A stretch of DNA of 64,000 bases from Eledone cirrhosa (Eukaryota): assembly GCA_964016885.1 (NCBI GenBank), contig OZ024741.1, forward strand, positions 241,676,001-241,740,000, written 5' to 3'. Position numbers and translations under genes: made by a program. This document shows positions 1 to 10,980 of the stretch, piece by piece (within the stretch, counting starts at the first letter, position 1; each line of letters begins with the position of its first letter). The notes beneath the pieces were generated by a model. It made no database searches and was not told the DNA's origin. It worked only from the letters and a program-made list of their open reading frames with translations.

Positions 1-100
1 TATATACATATATATATATATGTATAAAATATAAAATGTATAAAATATATATCTATAAAATATAAAATATAAAATTATTTATAAAACTGTTTATATATTG

Positions 101-160
101 TATTTTGTCTGATGAAGGCATACCATATTTTAATTTGGTATCCCTGAAATATGTATAATG
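101..160 (+). ncRNA. Degenerate hammerhead-like motif
   Basis: CTGATGA (109-115), hairpin AGG-C-ATACCA...TGGTAT-C-CCT, then GAAA-TAT-GTA. Stem I pairing is poor. Related copy on the minus strand at about 60045-60102. Confidence 0.4.
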
Positions 161-333
161 AAATAAATATGGTTTTATAAATATAGTTTCCATTTATTAA
201 TATCGTATATATATATATATATATATATATATGAGTATAGACATAGAATATTCGAAAATATTCTGTATGTTTATAATAAACATTTTGAAGACCTAATCGC
301 TATAGAATAGAATACGTCACGTATTACAATTAG

Positions 334-422
334 ATTCTCGATAAAAGCAAGGGAAGTAATCTACGCGTTTCATTCTTGTTAGAATTCATCAGGACTACAT
401 ATCCAGTGCTTTTATCGAGAAT
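334..422 (-). ncRNA. Type I hammerhead ribozyme in the inverted unit (a second, truncated copy lies at 644-696)
   Basis: Reverse complement of 766-854. Confidence 0.88.
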
Positions 423-765
423 GACACAGCTAGAGACTTATAGAATACTTAGCTGTGTACTGGAACTGGTTTGAAAGAGCGGTTGCCGGTCCGGCAGAAA
501 TTAGAAATTGGAATAAATGCTCTGAAATAGCGATATATATGTGAGTATAGACATAGAATATTCGAAAATATTCTGTATGTTTATAATAAACATTTTGAAG
601 ACCTAATCGCTATAGAATAGAATACGTCACGTATTACAATTAGATTCTCGATAAAAGCAAGGGAAGTAATCTACGCGTTTCATTCTTGTTAGAATTGACC
701 GGCAACCGCTCTTTCAAACCAGTTCCAGTACACAGCTAAGTATTCTATAAGTCTCTAGCTGTGTC

Positions 766-854
766 ATTCTCGATAAAAGCACTGGATATGTAGTCCTGAT
801 GAATTCTAACAAGAATGAAACGCGTAGATTACTTCCCTTGCTTTTATCGAGAAT
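766..854 (+). ncRNA. Type I hammerhead ribozyme (copy 1; further copies at 1076-1164, 1386-1474, 1696-1784, 2006-2094)
   Basis: Stem I GTAGTC(790-795)/GATTAC(827-832) extended by a perfect 16-bp helix 766-781/839-854. CTGATGA at 796-802. Stem II ATTCT-AACA-AGAAT. GAAA at 817-820. Palindromic ACGCGT stem III. GUA cleavage triplet ends at 826. Confidence 0.9.
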
Positions 855-2301
855 CTAATTGTAATACGTGACGTATTCTATTCTATAGCGATTAGGTCTT
901 CAAAATGTTTATTATAAACATACAGAATATTTTCGAATATTCTATGTCTATACTCACATATATATCGCTATTTCAGAGCATTTATTCCAATTTCTAATTT
1001 CTGCCGGACCGGCAACCGCTCTTTCAAACCAGTTCCAGTACACAGCTAAGTATTCTATAAGTCTCTAGCTGTGTCATTCTCGATAAAAGCACTGGATATG
1101 TAGTCCTGATGAATTCTAACAAGAATGAAACGCGTAGATTACTTCCCTTGCTTTTATCGAGAATCTAATTGTAATACGTGACGTATTCTATTCTATAGCG
1201 ATTAGGTCTTCAAAATGTTTATTATAAACATACAGAATATTTTCGAATATTCTATGTCTATACTCACATATATATCGCTATTTCAGAGCATTTATTCCAA
1301 TTTCTAATTTCTGCCGGACCGGCAACCGCTCTTTCAAACCAGTTCCAGTACACAGCTAAGTATTCTATAAGTCTCTAGCTGTGTCATTCTCGATAAAAGC
1401 ACTGGATATGTAGTCCTGATGAATTCTAACAAGAATGAAACGCGTAGATTACTTCCCTTGCTTTTATCGAGAATCTAATTGTAATACGTGACGTATTCTA
1501 TTCTATAGCGATTAGGTCTTCAAAATGTTTATTATAAACATACAGAATATTTTCGAATATTCTATGTCTATACTCACATATATATCGCTATTTCAGAGCA
1601 TTTATTCCAATTTCTAATTTCTGCCGGACCGGCAACCGCTCTTTCAAACCAGTTCCAGTACACAGCTAAGTATTCTATAAGTCTCTAGCTGTGTCATTCT
1701 CGATAAAAGCACTGGATATGTAGTCCTGATGAATTCTAACAAGAATGAAACGCGTAGATTACTTCCCTTGCTTTTATCGAGAATCTAATTGTAATACGTG
1801 ACGTATTCTATTCTATAGCGATTAGGTCTTCAAAATGTTTATTATAAACATACAGAATATTTTCGAATATTCTATGTCTATACTCACATATATATCGCTA
1901 TTTCAGAGCATTTATTCCAATTTCTAATTTCTGCCGGACCGGCAACCGCTCTTTCAAACCAGTTCCAGTACACAGCTAAGTATTCTATAAGTCTCTAGCT
2001 GTGTCATTCTCGATAAAAGCACTGGATATGTAGTCCTGATGAATTCTAACAAGAATGAAACGCGTAGATTACTTCCCTTGCTTTTATCGAGAATCTAATT
2101 GTAATACGTGACGTATTCTATTCTATAGCGATTAGGTCTTCAAAATGTTTATTATAAACATACAGAATATTTTCGAATATTCTATGTCTATACTCACATA
2201 TATATCGCTATTTCAGAGCATTTATTCCAATATATATATATATATTTCGTTTCTGAATTTGTTTAGCAAGATTCTTTATCTGAAAACGTGTGTTGAAACC
2301 G

Positions 2302-2648
2302 ATATTGTTATACTTTGGGAGGGTCATGTTGCCAATAAGAAACACACGCACCAGTTGCTTTCACTTCAATTTATTGTAATAAATTTATAAATTTAGGAAT
2401 TTATAAATTTCTGGTTGGTTGGTTGGTGCCACAACCAGATGGTTTTTTTAATATATTGTCAAACTTCTTTCGTCACACATTCTGTGACCTCTTCAGTGAC
2501 TGGGGATTCTTTTCTTTGTTTTTGTGCCTCTCCTTTGTTCTGTCTTATGCCATCTTGAGAAATTTATAAATTTATTATAATAAATTGAAGTGAAAGCAAC
2601 TGGTGTGTGTGTTTCTTATTGGCAACATGACCCTCCCAAAGTATAACA

Positions 2649-2652
<4 letters not shown>
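2302..2652. repeat. About 92-bp inverted repeat (2302-2394 / 2560-2652) enclosing a minimal hammerhead
   Basis: ATATTGTTATACTTTGGGAGGGTCATGTTGCCAATAAG... is mirrored by ...CTTATTGGCAACATGACCCTCCCAAAGTATAACAATAT. Confidence 0.85.
2458..2500 (-). ncRNA. Minimal type I hammerhead-like motif
   Basis: Minus strand reads GTCA-CTGAAGA-G-GTCACA-GAATG-TGTGAC-GAAA-GAAG-TT-TGAC: 4-bp stem I, 6-bp stem II with one extra G. Confidence 0.55.
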
Positions 2653-2714
<62 letters not shown>

Positions 2715-2791
2715 CATATTTGGACAGGAATGAAACAGAGAGGCAGACAAATAAAGGTTTATTAGGTTCACGCTCTTGAGAGTGGGGGGGG

Positions 2792-2825
2792 GACGTTTCG
2801 GGCATAGGCCCTTCTTCAGGAGAAA
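2792..2825 (-). ncRNA. Minimal hammerhead core of the Penelope pLTR type, stem I lost
   Basis: Minus strand reads CTGAAGA-A-GGGC-CTAT-GCCC-GAAA-C-GTC with palindromic ACGT. Confidence 0.45.
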
Positions 2826-3148
2826 ATAGGTTAGGAAGAGAGTTCCGATAGGTGTGTGGAGGAGGGGTGAAAATACATTTAGAAAAAAGGGGGAAGGAGA
2901 AAAAATAAAAATAAAAATAAATGTAAAATAACCATAAGAATAAACAATAAAATGAACAAGTGGTGGAAGGGTGTGAGGCGTGTAAGGGTGGTGGCGGGTG
3001 GAGTTGGGAGAGGGAGGAGGAGGGGGGGGGGGGGGGGTTAAGCGGGAAAGGCTGAAGGTAGTGTTTGTGTATGTGTGTAGTTGTATGTGAGTGTGTGTGC
3101 GTGTGTATGTGAATCTGAGAGTTGGAGGAAGAACGAGGTTCCATATAG

Positions 3149-3184
<36 letters not shown>

Positions 3185-3638
3185 ATAAATGTGCCTATAT
3201 ATCTCTATATATCTCTATATATGTCTATATATGTAGATAGATACATAAGCAGACAGATAGACAGATAGGCAGATATGATACACACATACACATATACATA
3301 TACACATATACACACAGAGAATAACTAATAATGTAAGTAAAAACAGGTAAGTGAAGTATGAATTTGATCTGTGTTCTAATCAGCTTAGTAAGTGAGTGTG
3401 TGTTTGTTTGTTTGGCTATGTGTTTCCTTGTATGTGTATGTATTGTTATACATACAGACACATATATATGTGTGTGTATGTATAAATGTATATAATATAT
3501 GTGTGTGTGTGTGTATATTTATATATATATTTATAAATACATACACACATATATATCATATATATTATATATATATATATACATTCATACATATAAACAT
3601 ACATACACACACACAGAAAAACAGACAGACACACACAA

Positions 3639-3677
<39 letters not shown>

Positions 3678-4768
3678 TATATATATATGCATGTATACAT
3701 AACAATAACAGTTATAATATGCCATATATTTGTGAATCTATGTACACATAAGAATATTTAATATACACTCATATGTTTGTGTATATAAACATATTGAGAA
3801 AACCTATATTAGATATGTGCATAAAAACTTATATACAGTCCATTTCATTCAGACTATACATCCTCGATGTAGCAAAATTTCTACCTAAGGGCAATTACAC
3901 TGGGTGGCTTTCTGCATGGAAAACTAATAGGTTTGTGTGCAACAACATACTAATTTTAGTGAAGTATCAAATTTTATTTACTTAAAATTATATTTGTAGT
4001 AAGAAAAAAACATCAATGTCCTAATGATTGATTCTGACCAAGAAAGATAGAATAAACAACCAGTTTAAATTAATCAAGACTAATTAAAGACTGAATTGAG
4101 CTATGTAGCAAGGTGGGATTCTATTCTTTGCTACAGTGTTTATGATATGTACTACACATGTACCTTTGATGAGTTGTTGTGCACCTGAGTAGTTTACACA
4201 ATTATTTTCCTTATGGTTATGATGATGATATATAAGCAAATATTTAAAGCCTAAACTATCATCACCATCATTGTCATCATCATCATTGTCATCATCATTT
4301 TATGTCCACATCTCATGTTGGTATGAGTTGGTTCTTCGTTCTTGTTCAGTGTTACTGTCCTCTTAGACAAGTTGAAGACCTCATCTCAGTCATGTGCTAT
4401 ATTTTTGGTATGATTTTCACATCTAGATGCCTTCTCTCTCAGAAACGACTTTACGGAATGTATAGGATGTATCTTACCATGGCATCATGATTACATTATC
4501 TAGGTTCTCTCTACCATTACATTGTCTCTATTCATATGTTTCAGCAGAACCAGAGAGGGTGTTTGATCTCTGGCGTGTCTGACTGTCTATAAAGCTCGAA
4601 TATGGCTCAAAATGGAGTACTGTGCCCACACTTAGGTCAGTGCCACCTCCAGGCATGGGTGAGAGAAAGTTGGGATGATAAAAATGGTCCAGAGTGATAG
4701 AAGAGAGAGTAAAGAGGGACAAAGCATATATGTGATAGAAGAGAGGGGGGTGAGAGCGAAAGAAAGAC

Positions 4769-4814
<46 letters not shown>

Positions 4815-5587
4815 TAGTTAATATCCTATTGAATAGATTAACAATCAACAATTTTTTCATAATGTCCTATCTTAGAATTTTTTTTTTTAGTTTTGCCCAA
4901 GACCCACATGTATATTATAACATATCTTACACATAAAAATTTGAACAAGCCCCAAGTCCTACAGAGAACATCTCAATTGCTCACCTATTGCTGACCCCTA
5001 GAATAGATGAATAGAAACAAATTCATAAAATAGAACACAAAACAATACCCCAAACCTAAATGATTTCTAACTTAGGCACAAGGCCAGCAATTTATGGGGA
5101 GGACAAAAATAATTTTATCAACCCATTATTTTACTGCTACTTAATTTTATTGGCCCGAAAATAAAAATATGCAAATTTGACCTTGCATGGGTTTGAACTC
5201 AAAACAAAAACCTGTAACGAAATAGCACTAAGCAATTTGTACAATGCTGTACCAATATTGTCATTCCACTACCCTAATACCCACAAACTATAATGAACAA
5301 TGAAGCATGCTAACCCTTTCATTTCAATATTTGTAATAAAATAAAGAATGTCTGAATTAATTATTGAAACAAATATTAATCATTTCATTGTTAAGATGGT
5401 ATTTGTAAGATAATATAACAAAAAAATTCTGATATCAAATTATGTTGGAAGATTTGATTTAAACAAGAGCCTTTTAAAACGCTTGGATATTATTTCATAG
5501 AACAAGAGGTAGTTTTGAGTGAGTTGGTATCAGAAGGGTTAAGCAATGAATAAGCTACTAATGGACTACAATGAATAAGATCCTCCT

Positions 5588-7234
5588 CATTATCATCATC
5601 ATCATCGTTTAACGTCCATTTTCCACGCTAGCATGGGTCTGGACGGGAATTGTCCCACTTGAGGCAAGATTGGTTGTCTTGCTCAGGACTGTCTGGCGGG
5701 TTTTCTACGGCTGGATGCCCTTCCTAACATCAACCACGTTTACAGTGTGGACTGGGAGGTTTTCACCGTGTTACCTACACGGCCACATTACAGCGTGGAC
5801 TGTGTGTTTTATTGTCGTGACACCTACATGTCTGGCGGGTTTTCTACGGCTGGGTGCTCTTCCCAACACCAACCACATTTACAGTGTGTACTGGGAGGTT
5901 TTTACCGTGTTACCTACACGGCCACATTACAGCGTGGACTGTGTGTTTTTTTTTGTCGTGACACCTACACGACCTCATTTGTTTTGGACTGGATGTTGTG
6001 GTACCAACATAACTTCACATTTAAGGGGCTGGTGTGGATGGGGTGGGGGTAGTGGGATGGGGGTGTATTTTGTTAGAGGTGCCTACTGACTGTAGGTTTC
6101 GCTTTGTACTTAGGCAAGGCGGGTCTTCTGTATAACTGTGTAGCGCCAAAGATCTCGGTCCAGTGACATTGTCTTGGAAAGGTGTAAGTGTGTGAGGTCG
6201 GAATTTATCAAGTTGTCCCAGGTTTTTCTGGGTCTGCCTACTCCGTGGTTACCGTCTATTTTTATCGCCCTGCACTTTTTTATACAGCTGTCGTCTTTCA
6301 TGCGCATCACGTGACCATACCAACGTAGTCTTCTCTCAAGTAAACAACATCTGATCCCTCTTATTCCTAATTTCTCCCTTAGTTCATTTATGCTTTGCCG
6401 TTCACTTATATTACTATTACACATCCAGCGGAGCATGCAAGCTTCGTTTCTCTCCAGTCTGCGTATATCCTCTGCACACAATGCCCAGGTCTCACTGCCA
6501 TGTAACATTGCTGTTTGTATGCAGGCATCATACAGCCTGCCTTTCATTTTTAGAGAGAACCCTTTAGCGGCCAATAGTGGTATAAGCTCTCTGAACTTTT
6601 TCCATCCCATTCTGACTCTAGCTACTGTACTTTCAGAGCACCCTTCCCACTGCTGATTTTGTCACCCAGGTAACGGAAGCTGTCCACTATTTCTATAGAA
6701 CCATCTGTGCAATGGAATGAGCTAGTATTTTGTGGCCACTTGCTGCTACTTATTGCACCAGAGCACCGGCCACATATAACATCTATATTCTTAGTTAGCT
6801 TACCTGTGATCCCACTACATCTTTTATGCACCCATACTTTGCATTTGGGACATAAAATGGAGTTTCTGCCTACTCCTTTCCTACACACTGAGCATGGCCA
6901 TTTCCCAGATGGGACCAGTGCCCTATTTTCCTTCCTACAAACTAGAACATTAGTCTTAGACAAGTTAACTTTAAGGCCTTTTGATTCTAGGCCATGCTTC
7001 CATGTTTGGAATTTCTTCTCTAGTTCCGCCATTGATTCAGCTATGAGCGTTAGATCATCTGCATATAGGAGTTCCCATGGGCAGCCGGTCTTGAACTCCT
7101 CTGTTATAGCCTGAAGGGCAATAATAAATAGTAGGGGGCTAAGGACGGAGCCCTGATGAACACCAGCTTTTACGCTAAACTCTTCACTATATTCGTTGTT
7201 AATTCTAACCTTGCTGACTGTTTCTTTATACATA
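5588..7234 (-). mobile_element. 5'-truncated RTE-clade LINE (RT C-terminal part, embedded PHD-type finger, 3' UTR with (GAT)n tail), frameshifted
   Basis: ORFs 6622-7344 and 6110-6610 contain GVHQGSVLSPLLF, LLYADD, RRLRWYGHV and GRPRKTW. 1-bp deletion near 6645 relative to the copy at 41134-42261. About 140 bp is tandemly duplicated in the 3' UTR (about 5690-5968). Confidence 0.92.
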
Positions 7235-8019
7235 CCAATGAAATTTATAGATTCGATTGCAAACAAGAAAGTTATAAACTTTATGACTGAAACTGTTGTA
7301 TTGGCTATACAAGCATTAAACTCTCTCATTAGCTCATCTAACACTTATTTCAAAGAGCAATCACAAGGACCTATCTCACTTAATATAAAACAAACTTGAC
7401 ATGAAAACATTGGTAGACAACATTTATGTTGTATTGAATTCTTAACAAGAACAAAAAGAAATAGTTGCTTAATGAAGGCTGCAATACTCATAATACAACA
7501 CAATGTTAAAATAATTGTTTCTACTTTAGGCACAAGGCCAGCAATTACCCAGTTCATTACTGGTACTTTACACAATGTTAAAATAATACACTGATAACAT
7601 ATACTTATCACAAACAAAAATAAATATCTGTTGATGCATAAATTTAATGGTCAAAATTCAAATTCCAACAGTAATGGCTATACTAATCCCATTGGCTCAT
7701 TCTAGTATAAAAATGCACTAACACACATCAAAATCACTTCATCCTGAAGATGGGACTGCGGAGGCCTAGAAACAGCAAACAGCAAACCACAAGGAACTGA
7801 GGCAAAATCTGAAATATATATTCTTGATAGAAAAGATAAAACTGGAACATAATTGTATGTATAATGCATGTATATAAGAAAGGTCGTTTATATATATATA
7901 CAAATATATGCATATATGTCTACACACACACACATATGTATGTATGTGTGCGTGTGTGTGTGTGTAAATACATATGCACATGTACATACACATACAAACA
8001 TACATATGTATGTATGTAT

Positions 8020-8580
8020 GTATTTTACACAAATTGCACATGGGGAAATGACCTCATCACAAATGAAGAAAAAGATATAAAGACTGCATAAAAAACAACC
8101 TTAAAGATCTACAGATTGAAGTTCAGAACTGGGAAATGCTAGCTTTAAAGAGGGGTAAATAGAAAGGACATGTGAAGGAAGGCTGTAGAATATTTGAAGA
8201 GAGATGTCTCGACCATGAAAGACTTAAGCATCAGCTTCGAATAGACCACAGTATGAACCTCAATAAGAACGTAGGGAGTTGGAGATGTGAAGTGTGTGGT
8301 CGTCTAATACTCTCTAAATCAGAGTACATCACTCATCTAAAATCACCTAAAAGTCTAACTATGCAGCATCTTCTCTCCAATATTAGGTGAGACAACATGT
8401 GTAGTGTGCAACAAAATCTGCAAATTAATTTCTGGTCTTGAAGGCAGTTGAGAGTATATAAGGATTACATCCCACAAATTAACCCAAACAATCCAATAAA
8501 GAGCATATCTTTTGTCTGTCACATTTGATAAAGAACATGCAAATTTGCAGCTGGACTTAAAAGCCAACTAGGAGGTCATG
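8020..8580 (+). mobile_element. Decayed RTE/BovB-like LINE 3' coding end with C2H2-type finger(s)
   Basis: Broken frame with KRYKDCIKNNLK...WEMLA...VKEGCRIFE, then CEVCGRLILSKSEYITHLKS and CVVCNKICK. Confidence 0.6.
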
Positions 8581-8754
8581 AACGGATGTTTGGAGTTTGT
8601 GATGGTGTTGGAGGTTTACAGGCAGACGAAAATCATTTGCAAAGATGAAGTGATCACTATGTATGTGTGCATGCAATGTGTTTATCTATGCAAGTACATA
8701 TGTGTGCATGTATGTGTGCATGTTTGGTTTTAAAAACATGAGGAAAACGTTAGC

Positions 8755-8881
8755 CCAATACCAAAGTAGAGAATATTATATATCAATTATATTACTGAAG
8801 TTACTCTCTGTTGTTACTCTGAGTTTCACAGATTGCTGCTGATCAGTGTAACAGCAGAGAGTAATCTCAATAATATAATAT
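8755..8881 (-). mobile_element. Small fold-back element with a degenerate hammerhead (8801-8864)
   Basis: Minus strand reads CTGATCA-GCAG-CAAT-CTGT-GAAA-CTC-A-GAG-TA. Arms TTACTCTCTGTTGTTAC / GTAACAGCAGAGAGTAA. Preceded on + by CAATACCAAAGTAGAG. Confidence 0.55.
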
Positions 8882-8960
8882 TCTCTAATGTGCATATAGT
8901 TTAAGAAGATCCTGTGTAGGGTGAAAGCAGAAATTCTATGCTTAAACTTTAATCTGTACT

Positions 8961-9005
<45 letters not shown>

Positions 9006-9010
<5 letters not shown>

Positions 9011-9810
9011 GAACAGCAATGCTGCATGGCAGTGAGACCTGGGCATTGTGTGCAGAGGATATACGCAGACTAGAGAGGAACGAAGCTTGCATGCTCCGCT
9101 GGATGTGTAACAGTAATATACGTGAACGGCAAAGCATAAACGAACTAAGGAATAAATTAGAGATAAGAGGGATCAGATGTTGTTTACTCGAGAGAAGGCT
9201 ACGTTGGTATGGACACGTGATGCGCATGAAAGTCGATAGCTGTATAACAAAGTGCAGGGCAATAAAGATAGACGGTAGTCACGGAATAGGCAGACCTAGA
9301 AAAACCTGGGACGAGCTGATAAACTCCGACATCACACACTTACACCTCTCCAAGACAATGTCACTGGACCGAGACCTTTGGCGGTACTCAGTAACAGAGA
9401 AGACCCGCCTTACCTAAATATATAGTAAAACCTACTCCAGCCAGTAGGCATCTCTAACAAATACACCCCGTCCCACCACCCCCACCCGATCCACACCACC
9501 CCGTTCTATGTAAAGTTATGTTGGTGCCGCGCCATCGAGGCCGAAACAAATGAGATCGTGTAGGTGTCACGACAAAAAAACACACAGTCCACGCTGTAAT
9601 GTGGCCGTGTAGGCAACACGGTAAAAACCTCCCAGACCCACACTGTAAATGTGGTTGGTGTTAGGAAGGGCATCCAACTGTAGAAAACCTTCCAGACAGT
9701 CCTATGCGAGCAAGACAATCACTCTTGCCTCAAGTGGGACTACCCCCGTCCAAACCCATGCAAGCGTGGAACACGGACGTTAAACGTTGATGATGATGAT
9801 GATGATGATG
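9006..9810 (+). mobile_element. 3' fragment of the same RTE family
   Basis: ORF 9019-9417 (MLHGSETW...GRPRKTW), 3' UTR and (GAT)n tail. Close reverse-complement match to 5588-6520. Confidence 0.92.
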
Positions 9811-9844
9811 ATATATATATATATATATATCATCATCATCTTCA

Positions 9845-10086
9845 TTTCATTTTACATCCACTTTTTCCCTGCTTGCAAGGGTGGGATGGGAACTGATTCT
9901 GGCTTGATTTCTACAGCTGGATGCCCTTCCTAACACCAACCTCATTTACAGTGAGTGCTGGGTGCTTTTTTGCCGTGGCACCTCCACGACCACTTTGCAG
10001 TGGAATGATATGGACCCCAGTCCCTATCATCTCATTTCTACAGCTGAGTAAACTGGAGCAATGTGAAATAAAGTGTCTTGCTCAAG

Positions 10087-10088
<2 letters not shown>
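9845..10088 (-). mobile_element. SINE, CORE/MIR-like family (related copies at about 23650-23990, 43580-43900, 44370-44550, 62670-62810)
   Basis: Shared AAACTGGAGCAATGTGAAATAAAGTGTCTTGCTCAAGG block. The longer copies continue into a tRNA-like head (GAATTGAACTC...CTCTAACCACTAAGCCA). Confidence 0.7.
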
Positions 10089-10124
<36 letters not shown>

Positions 10125-10181
10125 AGAGAGAGAAAGATATAAGTAGATAGCTATAGATAAATAGATATACATGTGTATATT

Positions 10182-10217
<36 letters not shown>

Positions 10218-10749
10218 CACACACATATAATATATATTTATTCACGTGTTTAAAAAGTTATATATGCATAAAATTCATTCTACAGCAAGTGTGTGTATAT
10301 ATATTTAACACATAAACATACTTTTGTGCAGCAGATTGTTTCAATTTCACATGACCAATTCCATAAATCTTTGCCAACTTTATTAGATCCTCCTCTGACA
10401 TTGCAAGACCTCTTTAAGCAGTGTCCATGTTTTACTGCTGTACACAATCAGATTTCTCTCACATAACTCATACGGATTCTGTAGTTTCAGCAGTTTCGAC
10501 ACTGCATCTGCCCTCATAAACTATGATTCACAGTCTTCTTGCAGCACATCATATATTTTCAGCCAGTGAGAAAGCCAGTATGCAGTTTCTCAAACTGCTA
10601 GAAATAGTTGCTAATTCTGTCTTAACTCTTAACCTCCTGTAATGATTCAGCAGAAAATATCTAAAAACGAAGTTAGTTAATTCAAACGTTTACACTATCT
10701 TTAACAGTGTATAGATCATTGAGAAAATTTGCTGTAAACTAAAGTAAAG

Positions 10750-10980
10750 ATAGGTCAACTTTGCCTTTCATCCTTTCAAGGTCAATAAAAAATGTACCAG
10801 TGTAGTACTGAGATCGATTCTTCCTCTATATCTCTTTCTCATTTCCACTCTCTCACTTTCTATCTTTCTCTGGAAGAAATCTGCTGTACTCAGGCCTAGA
10901 GGGATGGGCTCTGCCAGGCTTAAAATGCCCAAGAAATGCCTTATGTCAATATGGTGCCCCTACTACTCTATCAGGAGTTA
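10750..10980 (+). mobile_element. SINE-derived composite repeat (copies at 17020-17272 and 26545-26790)
   Basis: CAACTTTGCCTTTCATCC SINE segment followed by a CT-rich stretch and a shared tail ending ATCAGGAGTTA in all three copies. Confidence 0.6.

Larger units (their letters stand above)
231..2230. repeat. 310-bp tandem repeat array with one hammerhead ribozyme per unit (non-LTR retrozyme-like); about 4.95 units on + (697-2230) preceded by about 1.5 inverted units (231-696)
   Basis: GACCGGCAACC recurs at 697, 1007, 1317, 1627 and 1937 (period 310). No differences between copies seen by eye. 231-696 is the reverse complement of the unit. (TA)n runs flank both ends. Confidence 0.95.

Noticed and set aside
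2145-2390. 81-aa ORF starting in the last 310-bp unit
   Set aside because: Runs out of the repeat through (TA)n into unrelated DNA; chance ORF.
7744-7776. CTGAAGA...GAAAC hammerhead-like motif
   Set aside because: Weak stem II, and no NUH or stem I.
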